NCBI GenBank assembly: GCA_965217895.1
Contig: CBDCJV010000002.1
Span: 3,424,001 to 3,488,000 of the forward strand
From: Waterburya sp.
Lineage (GTDB): Bacteria > Cyanobacteriota > Cyanobacteriia > Cyanobacteriales > Xenococcaceae
DNA length: 64,000 bases
Reading direction: 5' to 3'
The position numbers and the translations under genes were made by a program. Of this stretch, positions 30,203-41,132 are shown piece by piece (the stretch's first letter is position 1; each line of letters starts with the position of its first letter). The notes beneath the pieces are model-generated. The model did no database searches. It was not told the origin of the DNA and was given only the letters and a program-made list of their open reading frames with translations.

Positions 30203-30982
30203 TTAGTTGATAAATTTTTGCGGAAATTGTTCTAAGGACAATAGCTGGATTCTGGCATCTTGTTGTGCCAAATTGCGATCGCTTTCTAGGTTATAGCCCC
30301 AGTCGGCTAAAAACAAATTTACAAAACTTAGGTCGTCTTGTTGAGCTACTTGCTGTAAAGCTTTAAGACGATCTTCAACAAAAGAAATGCTAATATTTTT
30401 CCCTGGTTTTTGATGTCGATCTCGCAAAATTCTCAGGGTTTCATATTTAGGACGTTTACTCTCTTTGCCAATAATTTGCGCCTGAGGTAGATCGATTTCC
30501 TGCTGCTGTAATAGTTGTTTTACAAAGCGTCCTTCTTTAGTCGTGACGATATATAGCTTGACGCTGGAATTGATTATTTGTTGCAGATATTTAGTTACAC
30601 CAGGATAAATACGATGTAATGCTAACCAGCTATCTAAGTTGTTTTTAATCTGGCTATCTCTAACTCCATCTAGCTTTTGCACTACCGCCGATTTATTTAA
30701 CCCTTCTGAGTTGATAATCTCTGATGCAGTCTTTTGCCAATCCTGTAAGATTTCGGATTCAGGAATACCTAAAACTAAAGCTCTTAATAAAATAGGCATT
30801 TCCCAGCCTGTTTCAATAACTGGACGTAATCGATAAAAGATTGGTGCAAAGCGATCGCTTATTTCTTCTGATTGCCATATCTGTTGATAGGCTTTTTTGG
30901 TGCTGTCAAAATATTCAATTAAACCATCACAAATTACACCATCAAAGTCAAGTGCCAGAAGATCGGGAAGTGTTGCAGACAT
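30203..30982 (-). CDS. HAD-family hydrolase
   Basis: ALDFDGVICD, IVTTK, FVEDR, LADWGYN. Confidence 0.92.
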   Translation of the reverse strand: MSATLPDLLALDFDGVICDGLIEYFDSTKKAYQQIWQSEEISDRFAPIFYRLRPVIETGWEMPILLRALVLGIPESEILQDWQKTASEIINSEGLNKSAVVQKLDGVRDSQIKNNLDSWLALHRIYPGVTKYLQQIINSSVKLYIVTTKEGRFVKQLLQQQEIDLPQAQIIGKESKRPKYETLRILRDRHQKPGKNISISFVEDRLKALQQVAQQDDLSFVNLFLADWGYNLESDRNLAQQDARIQLLSLEQFPQKFIN

Positions 30983-30998
30983 AATTAATACCTATTAG

Positions 30999-31160
30999 AT
31001 TAGGTTCGGATGAAGAGTTAAATTTAGGTAGGTAAAGTAGCAGATAGCAAGTAGCAGATAGCAGATAGCAAGTAGCAGATAGCAGATAGCAAGTTTTTTA
31101 GACCCAGTTTTAATTATTTCATGGATACATATTGTATTAAAGCAATTATCCGAACTTGAT
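30999..31160. repeat. Inverted-repeat element containing a STRR array (TAGCAGA/TAGCAAG x8, 31038-31093)
   Basis: ATTAGGTTCGGATGA ... TATCCGAACTTGAT imperfect inverted ends, with 8 heptamers inside. Confidence 0.7.
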
Positions 31161-31200
31161 ATTGCCTATTACCGACCCTTAGCGACATTAAGATTAGAGA

Positions 31201-32031
31201 TTACTCAAACTCAATCTGTGGATGTGTAAATTTAAAACCCGCATCTTTTAGTTTTTGATTATAAAGCTTCAGGTTTAGGGTACGACTTGAAGTCTGTGTG
31301 CTATCCCAAGTAATATCGGCTAGGTTATGAGCCTGGAATAATTTCTGGAAAAACTCTTTAGTAGTTAATACTTCATCACTAGTAAGATTATAGATACCCT
31401 GTAGCTGTTGTTGCTGGGCAAACGCGATCGCCCGTGCAATATCATCGACATGAACCCAATTAGTGTAATCTTTTCCCGCTCCTGGTTGAGTTGTTCCTGC
31501 TCTACCTTTGAATATTTTAATTAATTCTCTGCCTGTGCCGTAAATGCCAGATAAGCGAAAAATACAGGTGTTGAGCTTCTTTGCTGAAGCTGAAAATAAA
31601 ATTTCTTCAGTCTGGTGCAGTATTTGACCTATTTCCGTGGCAGGATTAACCGCTATAGTTTCATCTACCGTATCGCCGTTTTGATTGCCCAAAATGCCAT
31701 AGCTACTGGTATAAATAAGTTGTTTAACACTATCATTTGCCCTAAGAGCATTAACAACATTCTTGGCTGTTTCTAAATAAGCTTTGGTGTAACCTTCTGT
31801 GCTGCGTTGTTTTGCCCCAACGCTTAGTAAAACCACTTCTCGATTGGCTAATACTTGTTGTAAAGTAGCCAGATCATCTCCTGTTAATATTACAACCTTG
31901 GATGCGATCGCCTTTAATGTAGATTGTTTACTTGGGGTTGTGGTGGTTACAGTAACTTCGTTGCCAGCTTCATGCCATAGGCGAGCTACTTTACTACCAA
32001 CATAACCACAGCCGATAATTAATGCTTTCAT
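31201..32031 (-). CDS. NAD-dependent epimerase/dehydratase (atypical SDR)
   Basis: IIGCGYVG, YTSS, RLSGIYG, NWVHVDDIA. Confidence 0.92.
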   Translation of the reverse strand: MKALIIGCGYVGSKVARLWHEAGNEVTVTTTTPSKQSTLKAIASKVVILTGDDLATLQQVLANREVVLLSVGAKQRSTEGYTKAYLETAKNVVNALRANDSVKQLIYTSSYGILGNQNGDTVDETIAVNPATEIGQILHQTEEILFSASAKKLNTCIFRLSGIYGTGRELIKIFKGRAGTTQPGAGKDYTNWVHVDDIARAIAFAQQQQLQGIYNLTSDEVLTTKEFFQKLFQAHNLADITWDSTQTSSRTLNLKLYNQKLKDAGFKFTHPQIEFE

Positions 32032-32098
32032 TAAACCTCTTGTCTATATATAACGACTAACATTGATCAATGATCATTGTTCATTGATCAATGTTAAA

Positions 32099-34750
32099 TT
32101 ACTGCCAGTTGCCGACTAAAACATAAGCAGCCCAATAATAGGGGTGGGGAGGTAGTTGTTTCAGTTCGGGGTTGAGGGGATTAGCTTTTAAAGACTCAAT
32201 TAAAGATACTTGAGCTTTTTGCAGTGCATCTGCCTTATTGACGGTAGAACGTTTAAACTCTCGATAAAATTGACTCATTAATTGAGATGTGGACGCATCT
32301 TCAACAGACCACAACGAAGCTAGAGTAGTAGTTCCAGAGCGTACCGCAACTCCAGCAAAGCCTAGTACAGCCCGCTCATCTCCCGTGGCAGTATCGCAGG
32401 CACTAAGTACCAATAGTTCTGGTTTTGTGCCGTCGGCGGTTAACAGCTTACTTAAAGTATTAATACCAATCAGATGGCGATCGCCCGTTACAATAAAGGT
32501 TTGGTTGGGGTCGGAACTAAATACTCCGTGGGTCGCTAAATGAACTATGGGAAAACCATTTTGTAGCAGCTTTTCAATTCTAGCTTGAGTAAATTCTTGA
32601 TTGAGCAACTGGCGAGACTGAGGAAAAACAGACTCGATTTGATTTAATTCTCTGGGAACATTGCTTAAAGCAGGAAAAATATCTCCTTTGATTTCTACTT
32701 GCTGGCTTAACCCCGCAGCCAACACCTTGATTTGTTTTTTTGGCTTTGACTGGGTATCAAGCAATTGTAAACCAGGGGCGAGTGCCACAGCATAATTTTC
32801 TAATAAATATTGCTTGCCGTCGTAAAGTGCAGCCATCGGCACATTTTGTAAACGTCCATTAAGGACAAATACCAGAGTTTTGATTTGCTTGGCTTCTAAT
32901 TCTGTGGTCAAAGGTTCAATTAACCAACTGTAAACCTTTTCTAGAGTAGGCAACAAGGTTAAAGTATTTTCAGTTAACTCTTGAGGATTAATCGGCGTGG
33001 TGCTAAAAATATTAACGGCGGAATTATCAACGCTTTGATTGTACAAACTGTCATAGAGTAAATCCAAGGTTTGATTGACGCTTGCTTCTGGGATCGAGGT
33101 AGTAAATTTTTGTAGAGGCTGCCCCGCTATAGAAAGAATTACTTCTAAGCGATCGCTTAAAACAATCGGATAAATTACTGCTGCTTGGGAATCTAACTCA
33201 TCAATAGTGACGGTAGCATCAGCAGTTTGCGAGCAAGGATCTTGAAAGAAGTTATCTAATTCAGCTAGCTGCAAAGATTCTATGACTTGACGGGCTAACT
33301 CTAAGTTAGGATCGGGATCGTTTTTAGCATTAGTTACATTAATCGCGGTCAGAGATTTTGCCCGAGCCATATTATTGTTACTGTCTGTTTGTAAAAGTAA
33401 GTTAGCCAAGCTAAGATAAACGGGCTTTACTTCTTGGAGAAAGTCAAATTGAACTAGCTGATTGTTGGCATTTAAGTCGGTGCGTAAGGACTGAAGAGTA
33501 TTAAACGCCGAGATATAAGCCTCTGTTGCCTCTGCTGTTTTACCTTCTTGCTTTAATAGTTTTCCTAATTGAGACTGCCAAAGATACATTACTTCTCTAG
33601 CATCCCCGTTGACGTTTTGAGTTTGGGCTAAAATTAATGCCTGGTTGGTTAAAGCGATCGCTTTATTTGTCTGACCTTTTTGACCATAATATTGAGCTAG
33701 GTATCCTAAAGCATAGCTTTCACTCCGCGTATCCTGTATGGTTTGAGCCTGCTGTAAAGCTGTTTGCAAGATTGTTTCAATTTTGGCTGTATATCCTAGT
33801 TGGCTCAAACTTTTGGAATAGTTGATCAGGGCATAAATTCCTTGACGAGTTGGGGGGAGTTGTCGCCAACTGGCATCAATAGCAGCAACAAGAGTATTTT
33901 TAGCTGGATCTAGCTTTTGGTTTAGCAAAGCCGTAAAATTATTGGCTGCTTTAACTAATTCTGTCTGGTCAAGTCGTTGCCAGGATCTTAAACGGCGATT
34001 GGTTTGCTGTTGCCACCAGTTTTCGATCTTAATTAGTAAAGACAGGTGATTGAGTTGCGCCTGGACTTGAGTAATTGGTAAAGTACGCTGATTAGAGGCA
34101 GCTTGTTCGTAAGCCTGAAAAGATTCTAGATAGGGCTTGAGGGCAAGATTGGGGTCTTGACGGTCGATGATTTCGGTCATTTTATCGTAGCTCTGGCGAT
34201 CGCGAGTTTGATTACCTAAGGCTGCTTCTACATTCCCCAGAGCGAGTAAAGTTGCCCCTAATTCGGCAGGATTTGAGCTAGCAGCTTGGCTTAACTTTAA
34301 TAGTTTTTGAGAGCGAGTTAACATTCCCTTGTGCTGCAAAACGCTGCCCAAGCTACGTAAACCAATGCCTTGGGTGCTAGTCAAGCGGGATTTGGCTGAG
34401 ACGGTGACATTATCAATCAGCTTATCTATTCGTTCACCATTGCAGTCAGGATATTTGATTTCAAATGCCTCTAACAATGTTTTACAGGCTCTAGGGTAAA
34501 GTCCTAAATTTTGTAGAGCTTGAGCCTGATCGATCAAACTTGTAGTTCTGCCTAGGCGATCGCCCGACTCTTCATATACTGCTGCTGAGTTTTGCCAGGT
34601 AGTTGCTGCCTGGATCAATCTACCTGCCTGATATAGTTGTTGAGCCTGGACAGCTAACTGTAATCCACTTATTTCTTGAGACTGGGCTGGCAGACGAAAA
34701 GCGATCGCCAAGCTAGCTGAAACTATAAAAATTATAAGACGACGGTACAT
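32099..34750 (-). CDS. TPR + CHAT (caspase-like) domain protein
   Basis: VHLATHG, LVLSACDTA.GD, ASLWSV.D, HPYYWAAYVLVGNW. Confidence 0.93.
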   Translation of the reverse strand: MYRRLIIFIVSASLAIAFRLPAQSQEISGLQLAVQAQQLYQAGRLIQAATTWQNSAAVYEESGDRLGRTTSLIDQAQALQNLGLYPRACKTLLEAFEIKYPDCNGERIDKLIDNVTVSAKSRLTSTQGIGLRSLGSVLQHKGMLTRSQKLLKLSQAASSNPAELGATLLALGNVEAALGNQTRDRQSYDKMTEIIDRQDPNLALKPYLESFQAYEQAASNQRTLPITQVQAQLNHLSLLIKIENWWQQQTNRRLRSWQRLDQTELVKAANNFTALLNQKLDPAKNTLVAAIDASWRQLPPTRQGIYALINYSKSLSQLGYTAKIETILQTALQQAQTIQDTRSESYALGYLAQYYGQKGQTNKAIALTNQALILAQTQNVNGDAREVMYLWQSQLGKLLKQEGKTAEATEAYISAFNTLQSLRTDLNANNQLVQFDFLQEVKPVYLSLANLLLQTDSNNNMARAKSLTAINVTNAKNDPDPNLELARQVIESLQLAELDNFFQDPCSQTADATVTIDELDSQAAVIYPIVLSDRLEVILSIAGQPLQKFTTSIPEASVNQTLDLLYDSLYNQSVDNSAVNIFSTTPINPQELTENTLTLLPTLEKVYSWLIEPLTTELEAKQIKTLVFVLNGRLQNVPMAALYDGKQYLLENYAVALAPGLQLLDTQSKPKKQIKVLAAGLSQQVEIKGDIFPALSNVPRELNQIESVFPQSRQLLNQEFTQARIEKLLQNGFPIVHLATHGVFSSDPNQTFIVTGDRHLIGINTLSKLLTADGTKPELLVLSACDTATGDERAVLGFAGVAVRSGTTTLASLWSVEDASTSQLMSQFYREFKRSTVNKADALQKAQVSLIESLKANPLNPELKQLPPHPYYWAAYVLVGNWQ

Positions 34751-34763
34751 TTAAGTAGGTGGG

Positions 34764-34803
34764 TAGTAGGTAGTAAGTAGTAAGTAGTAAGTAGTAAGTA
34801 GTA
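34764..34803. repeat. Heptamer STRR (TAGTAAG, about 5.7 copies)
   Basis: Direct tandem repeat between tpsB and the CHAT gene. Confidence 0.85.
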
Positions 34804-34834
34804 TTCAAAAGCTTATAGCTACAAACGAAGTTTG

Positions 34835-36757
34835 TTAAAAAAGCTTATATTCTAGCTGTAGATAAACTCCATCTTCTTGCACAGTGCCACCTTTTACATC
34901 TTGATGCAGCAGAGGAATACCCCAGTCTACACGAGTCAATAATCGGTCTTCTGTTTGTAAGATTAGACCAAATCCCGTTCCCAACAAAGTATTAAACTCT
35001 GTCTTTTCCCCATCAGTGTTCCATCCCGTACCAAAATCAACAAAAGGACTAACCTGGAGCGTCGCACCAACTTTTGATAAGCGAGCAATAGGCAAACGCA
35101 ATTCTGCAGAGGCAGAAAAACCATTATCTGTCAGTAAAGCATCTTGACGATAACCTCTTACCGTTGCTGCACCACCTAAGCTAAATTGTTCCGTAGAGAT
35201 TAAAGGATCTGCTGCTAACTGTAGTTCTGAGCGTAATAAAATTGTCGAACCTATAGCAGGATCGCCTTTAGGAGTACTTAATAGCCGTAAATAGGATAGC
35301 TGTCCTCGCCAGCTAAAGAACTGACCGTCAGGTTCTTCCTGCTTAATTGTTGCGCCAAGGGCATCCACACCTAAAGTAAATTGCGAACGGGCAGCAATTA
35401 CCTGTTGGCGATTGCGCTGTAACCATTCTTGACCAAAACTGAGAGTAGAAGTATTAATTCTGCCCTTGCTATCTGCCCCTGGAGAGATACCTTCAGAAAC
35501 GCCTTGAATAGTAGTCTGACTTTCTCGTCTTGATGCTGTAAAGTTGAGTGCCAATTCTTGACTGAGCTGAGCATTAGCTTTTTGAAATATGGGTTGTCGC
35601 CAAGTTAAATCATAGTTATTAGAATTGATCTGAATATCTGCTTCATCAAAGGGAGATTCGACTATTTGGTTGTCGCCCAAACGAACATTAAAGTTGAGAG
35701 AACCATCACTAGCGTTTATAGGTAGAGTATAGCTGCCTCGGTATTCGTTACTCCCATCGGTGTTGTTGTAACCCACAAAAAAGCGATCGCCAATGCCGAA
35801 TAAGTTGGCTTCTTCTAGGTTGATACCTCGCTCAAAGCTACCAATACTAGGATTGCGATTATTATTGAGCCTGGTTGCTACACTAAAGGTATCTGCCCCC
35901 GTCACCGATACGGTCAAGGAATTAGTCCCTGGTTCAATACCCGCCGATAATTCTGCGTTCAGGCTCTCAATTAGAGGATTAAGCTGTAGTAATTGGAGAG
36001 CTTCTTGCAGTTTATTAATATTTAGGGGCGTGGCAATCTTAGAAGTTAGGCGATCGCGAATGTAGCTTTCACTCAATCTGCCCTTCAGGATATCTACCTC
36101 AATATCTGCTAAACGACCCTCCACTACCTGAATTTGCACCACTCCAGAGCTTAAATTTTGTTCGGGAACATAAGCCCCAGAGGTGATATAGCCTTTTTTA
36201 ACATATAGCTGGGTGATAGCGTTTGCTGCCTGTACTAGTTGGGCAAAGGAAATAGGTTTATCGGTAAAAGGCGCGATCGCCGCCTTTAATTCTGCCTGGC
36301 TAAATACCGTACTCCCCACAAACTTAAACTTCTCCACCACGATCGTCCCAGGAATATCTAAGACAGATCCAGGTAGAGGAGGAGCATTGAATTCGTTTAA
36401 AGGATTAGAATTTGGGGGTAAGGGTTTAGGTTGAGGCGGACGAGGGCGATCGGGAGGTAGAGGCACTATAGACTGAGCAAAAACAGCAACGGGATAACGA
36501 GCCATAGCTAACAAAAAAAACAAGCCATAAGCCAATAGTCTTGCTAGCTTTTTAATACCTCGACCTTGATACGCCACAGAAGAACCAAAGCCAAAAATTA
36601 AAGCTCGATATAGTAAAAGCTCCCATTGAGTTATCTTGAGTTGATGTTTAACCCCCACTCTAAATTCATCATGATCCAAACTAATTAGAGATTTAGGAGC
36701 TTTTTGAGGCTGATACAAATTGACTTTCGGTCTAGCCGACCGTGACTCAGCGAACAT
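34835..36757 (-). CDS. ShlB/FhaC/HecB (TpsB) two-partner secretion transporter
   Basis: POTRA (FVGSTVFS...YVKKGYITSGA) and VRGY motif in a beta-barrel ending in F. The true start is probably downstream of 36757. Confidence 0.92.
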   Translation of the reverse strand: MFAESRSARPKVNLYQPQKAPKSLISLDHDEFRVGVKHQLKITQWELLLYRALIFGFGSSVAYQGRGIKKLARLLAYGLFFLLAMARYPVAVFAQSIVPLPPDRPRPPQPKPLPPNSNPLNEFNAPPLPGSVLDIPGTIVVEKFKFVGSTVFSQAELKAAIAPFTDKPISFAQLVQAANAITQLYVKKGYITSGAYVPEQNLSSGVVQIQVVEGRLADIEVDILKGRLSESYIRDRLTSKIATPLNINKLQEALQLLQLNPLIESLNAELSAGIEPGTNSLTVSVTGADTFSVATRLNNNRNPSIGSFERGINLEEANLFGIGDRFFVGYNNTDGSNEYRGSYTLPINASDGSLNFNVRLGDNQIVESPFDEADIQINSNNYDLTWRQPIFQKANAQLSQELALNFTASRRESQTTIQGVSEGISPGADSKGRINTSTLSFGQEWLQRNRQQVIAARSQFTLGVDALGATIKQEEPDGQFFSWRGQLSYLRLLSTPKGDPAIGSTILLRSELQLAADPLISTEQFSLGGAATVRGYRQDALLTDNGFSASAELRLPIARLSKVGATLQVSPFVDFGTGWNTDGEKTEFNTLLGTGFGLILQTEDRLLTRVDWGIPLLHQDVKGGTVQEDGVYLQLEYKLF

Positions 36758-39700
36758 GACAGTCAGATGAATTAAACTGTGAATTATTAGTAGTAGCCGT
36801 AGACTGAGCAGTTAAAACTACTACCCCCTTACTGTTTACATACCAGTTGTGAGCAGGAGCAGGCAACTTACTAGAGGATTCTAGGTTTTTATTTCGATCT
36901 GTCTGAGCTTGATTTTGAGGTAGACCAACGCTGACAATAGACTCGCTACTTAGAGTGTCATTGGGACGATTGGGCAAGCCTCCTCGACCACTAATGGTAA
37001 GCTGGCTGGCATTCGGCTTTTGTTCTCCTGAGCAAGCTTGTGCTACTGCCTCTTCTGGCTGCTTTAGCTTAATGGGAACGTTGACAATTTCTAAATTGGG
37101 ATTAGGTTCTAAAGTATTAATGTTGACTATGCCATCGATACCGAGCCTAGAACTAGCACTCACAACGCATTCATCACAAATAAATAGTCCTTGAGCATCA
37201 ATATTAATATTGCCCCCTTTGCCAGTGTTGGCATCGGCAGCTAATTTACTTGCTTCTAAAACAACCAGATTTCTGCCTTTAATACTGATATTGCCACCGT
37301 CGGCATCACCAGCGGCGGTTGTAGTACTGTTTCCTTTCCAAAAAATATTGCCAGCATCAATATTAATGTTGCCTCCTTTGCCAGTGCTGGTGGCAGCAGA
37401 AATTGTCCCCCGGTCATCAAGTAAAATGGAATCTTCAACTTCAATATTTAAATTTCCTGCACTTCCAGTTCCCAAACTTTGAGCATCAATGCCTGCTCCA
37501 CCTTGAATAGTCAATTCCTTAGCAGTAAGATTAATATCACCTGAATCACCACTTGCTTCAAATTCTGGAAAAGCTGCTCTTCCAGAAGCTGCGATTAAAC
37601 CGCCTCTTTGTAGATTGCTTATAGTAGTTGCGCCAGTTAGTTCAATCGAATCTTTGGCATTAATCGTTAAATTTCCTCCATTTCCTGAACCTACAGTTGT
37701 AGCAGCTATTTCTGAACCATCGCCAAGGGACAAGTTGCCAGTAAAAATCTCAATATTACCTGCCGTACCGCTGTTAAAAGAACTGGTAAAAATGCCGCTG
37801 ACAAATCTGGGGTCGGTTGAGATACCTGCAATTTTAATTGTGTCATCCACTTGAATTAAAATATTTCCACTCTCGCCTTTAGCTGCAAGATTTAAATTTC
37901 CACCCACAAATGCTCCTGTGGTGCTGGTGACCAAAGCATCGTTGATGAATAAGTTGGCAGTTTTTAAGTTGATATCACCTCCTTTACCATCGCCAATACT
38001 GGTATTGGCATAAATTCCTGTAAATATCAGGGCGTTATCAGGGGTATTTTTTAAGTCGATCATTTCGGCTGCATTGATATTTATACCGCCAGCATTAGCA
38101 TTACCAAAAGTAGCATTACTGATTGCTCCTCCCTCTTTGATCGTTAACCGTTCTGTATCCACGGCAATATTTCCCCCTGAACCAAGATTGGAACTATTTG
38201 CCAGTGCCACACTCGATAATGCCGAACCAACTATTTCAATATCAGCAGCATTTACAGTAATATCTCCGCCATTACCACTGGCAAAGATAGGACTAAAGAC
38301 AATTGCTCCATCCGTAAGACTTAAAGAATTGGTATCAATTTGTAGATTTCCTCCCATGCCATCAGCAGCAGTGCCAATGAATATTCCTGTACCTCTAGTG
38401 CCTGGTTTTAGTGAACCATTTAAAACAGATGCTTGAAAGGCTTGTTGAAACTGCTCAAATCCTTGACCTTTAATATTAAAAGATTCGGCAATATTTAAAG
38501 AAATATCGCCTCCATTTCCTGAACCAAAGCTCGTAGTGGTAATGTAGGCGCGATCGCTTATATTTAAAGAGTTAGCAGCAATTGTAATTTCGCCCCCATC
38601 ACCAGCACCAAAGTTATCACTTTGTATTTGACTACCACTAGTTAGGTTGATTGAGTCAGCTACTTCTAGATTAATTGTGCCTCCTGTTCCTCCCTCAATC
38701 GCCGCGCTGATTCCTCCACCATTGCTTAAATTGATTGAATTGGCTTTAACGGCTAAATTGCCAGCATTTCCCGTTCCATCATTACGAACCGTTAACTGTC
38801 CACCATTCTTAACTTGCAGTTGAGGAGTGTTAATAGTTACACTGCCAGAGTTACCGCTAGGTCGATCTGGTAAACCAAGAAACTGTCGTAGTTCAGGGTC
38901 GAGGATGTTAGCTGAGGCAATAATCAAACTAGGGTTAAGAGAATCTGGAACTGTTCCCGTTACTTCAATAGAATCTGAAGCATTAATAGTTAAATTCCCT
39001 GCATTACCTGAAGCCGTAGCGGACGCATCTACTCTCCCTCCATCTTGAACTATTAAATTTTTCGTCTCCAACGAGACATTTCCTGCATTTCCCGCTCCGC
39101 CACTGCCTGCTGTTATTTGGCTAGGGGCAAAAGCAATGGGGTTAATGCCAATCAGTTTAATTGAGTCTGAGGCATTAACATTGATATTTCCTCCAGAGCC
39201 AGTACCCGAACCTCCCGTTACAGAGGCTACATTTCCTCCGCCCAAAGCTGTAAAATTTCCAGTTGTTATGTCTATTGAACCTGCATTTCCCACACCATAA
39301 GCTTGAGCCGAAACAGTGCTAAATTTATTAGGATTTATCTGAGCAAATCCGACTACTTGAAAATCATCAGCAATATTGAGTGTTAAGTTGCCTGATGCTG
39401 CTGCACCAAAACTTGAAGCAATAATACTTGCTCCCCCTGTAACTTCTAACTTAGGAGTGTTAACAGAAATTGCTCCTCCATTCCCACTAGCCAATGCTTC
39501 GGTAAACAAACCGCTACTAACAAAGCTGTCTTTACTAGTGCCATTAATGGATAAAGATTTAGCTGCATCAACCGTTAAGTTACCTGATACTCTCTCCCCT
39601 TGATTTTGAATCAATACAACAGAACCATCATTGACGTTAACTGCATCACCCTGTAGGTGAATTGAGCCACTATCTTTTCCACTAGCATCCACTAAAGCCT

Positions 39701-40487
39701 GTTGGGTTAGATTAATATCCTTAAACGCCGATACATTTTCATAGCTTAGGGAGAAATTTTGTGACCCAAAATCAAGATTAACTATTCCCTCAGCGACACT
39801 ACCTAATTCAATTCTTCCTGACTCAGAAGCTACAGCCCCACCTGTAAAGGTAATATCCCCTCCAACCAAGCCCAGAGTTTTTCCCGACTGTAATTTTAAT
39901 CCTGTTACCTCTCCTCTATTAAACGGGAAGAAGATCGGATTCTCCAAGCTGAGATTATTTCCTGTTCCCTGGACATTAATTGCCCCTGAATTTTGCCCTA
40001 GCTGTAAACCAATGGGTACACTTACTGTTAACAAAGGTGACTGGGAATCATTCGCGCTAAATACTGTGCCGTCCTCAAAAATAATGCTATTAGCAGTGCT
40101 ACCTAAAAAAGAGCCACCAATATCTAAACGAGCATTGGCTCCGAAGTTAATGCCATTAGGATTAATTAAAATTAGGTTAGAGTTTCCATTGGCTTTAATT
40201 AAGCCATCAATGTTTGAAACAGTACCACCTGTAACTCGACCAATAATATTTTTAATATTGACAGCATTATTAAAAAAAGCCGTACCTGTCGAAGTGAGGG
40301 AAAATTCTTGAAAGCTATGAAATAAATTTTCACCTTTAGTAGTTCCTCCCGTAATCTCTGAGACATTATCGGTTTGGTTAACCTCTGTGCCAACGCTGTT
40401 ATCACTTTGAACTTGAGCTTTAACAGGATTGACATAACTAAAGAACAAACATCCCAAAATACTGCTGGTAGTTAAAAAACGATTCAT
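36747..40487 (-). CDS. Filamentous haemagglutinin-family TpsA exoprotein
   Basis: Signal peptide, TPS domain (NLFHSFQEFS, NPNGI.FG.NARL.IGGSF), repeated GNAG/GNGGxI beta-helix motifs, C-terminal GRGGLP. Confidence 0.93.
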   Translation of the reverse strand: MNRFLTTSSILGCLFFSYVNPVKAQVQSDNSVGTEVNQTDNVSEITGGTTKGENLFHSFQEFSLTSTGTAFFNNAVNIKNIIGRVTGGTVSNIDGLIKANGNSNLILINPNGINFGANARLDIGGSFLGSTANSIIFEDGTVFSANDSQSPLLTVSVPIGLQLGQNSGAINVQGTGNNLSLENPIFFPFNRGEVTGLKLQSGKTLGLVGGDITFTGGAVASESGRIELGSVAEGIVNLDFGSQNFSLSYENVSAFKDINLTQQALVDASGKDSGSIHLQGDAVNVNDGSVVLIQNQGERVSGNLTVDAAKSLSINGTSKDSFVSSGLFTEALASGNGGAISVNTPKLEVTGGASIIASSFGAAASGNLTLNIADDFQVVGFAQINPNKFSTVSAQAYGVGNAGSIDITTGNFTALGGGNVASVTGGSGTGSGGNINVNASDSIKLIGINPIAFAPSQITAGSGGAGNAGNVSLETKNLIVQDGGRVDASATASGNAGNLTINASDSIEVTGTVPDSLNPSLIIASANILDPELRQFLGLPDRPSGNSGSVTINTPQLQVKNGGQLTVRNDGTGNAGNLAVKANSINLSNGGGISAAIEGGTGGTINLEVADSINLTSGSQIQSDNFGAGDGGEITIAANSLNISDRAYITTTSFGSGNGGDISLNIAESFNIKGQGFEQFQQAFQASVLNGSLKPGTRGTGIFIGTAADGMGGNLQIDTNSLSLTDGAIVFSPIFASGNGGDITVNAADIEIVGSALSSVALANSSNLGSGGNIAVDTERLTIKEGGAISNATFGNANAGGININAAEMIDLKNTPDNALIFTGIYANTSIGDGKGGDINLKTANLFINDALVTSTTGAFVGGNLNLAAKGESGNILIQVDDTIKIAGISTDPRFVSGIFTSSFNSGTAGNIEIFTGNLSLGDGSEIAATTVGSGNGGNLTINAKDSIELTGATTISNLQRGGLIAASGRAAFPEFEASGDSGDINLTAKELTIQGGAGIDAQSLGTGSAGNLNIEVEDSILLDDRGTISAATSTGKGGNINIDAGNIFWKGNSTTTAAGDADGGNISIKGRNLVVLEASKLAADANTGKGGNINIDAQGLFICDECVVSASSRLGIDGIVNINTLEPNPNLEIVNVPIKLKQPEEAVAQACSGEQKPNASQLTISGRGGLPNRPNDTLSSESIVSVGLPQNQAQTDRNKNLESSSKLPAPAHNWYVNSKGVVVLTAQSTATTNNSQFNSSDCHVR

Positions 40488-41132
40488 TTCAGGTTAAATA
40501 ATATGAACAATGGGTTTGACCGTTTATATCAAACGTGGCGGACTAATCTGTGACTAAACAACTAACTTTAGTCTCACTTAACTGATATTAAGCGATTTTG
40601 TTGGTTTGCAAAGATTAGAAAATGAGAAGCAGCAAAGACTAGATGCGAGTAAGGCTTTAGCCGCAACTAGTACCCCTTTCTTGCGTATGAAGCCTCAAGT
40701 CGCAGACCCGCAACGAACTGTTTCGCTTTTCGCACTCGTCCGCAGATTAGGGCGGTACGCTTTCCCAGTCTCAACCGATTAATTTGTTTCTTAGGAGTTA
40801 CTTAAATAATTTGCTGGACTAATTACTATTTCTATATGATTAAGTATCATTTAAAGCCAGCAAAATATACAGATGGGAGAAAAATGTAATAAATATTAGC
40901 GATGTAAACAGCAACTTCAGCAGTCTGTAACCTTTTAAATTCAATTATTGTCAAAGATGTGCTGGCAGGATTCTCAATTAAGTTACTTTAAATTAGGTTA
41001 CTTAGATTACTTTTAAAATACTTTTTTTGCTACAATCAATTACTACTTCACTGTAGTAACTAATATAATTTATTACTGCAATATCTAAAAATATTCAGTA
41101 TTTTCTAGAGTATCTTAGATAAGAAAGCAACT

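Noticed and set aside
31038..31093. Short repeats as a possible CRISPR array
   Set aside because: These are contiguous 7-nt units with no unique spacers and no cas genes, i.e. an ordinary cyanobacterial STRR. The same applies to 19861 and 34764.
35793..40311. Many plus-strand ORFs antisense to tpsA/tpsB
   Set aside because: Shadow frames produced by the repetitive Gly/Asn/Ile codon usage of the real genes; no RBS or motifs.
32099..40487. TpsA-TpsB-CHAT cluster as a novel system
   Set aside because: A common arrangement in cyanobacterial genomes; listed as features only.
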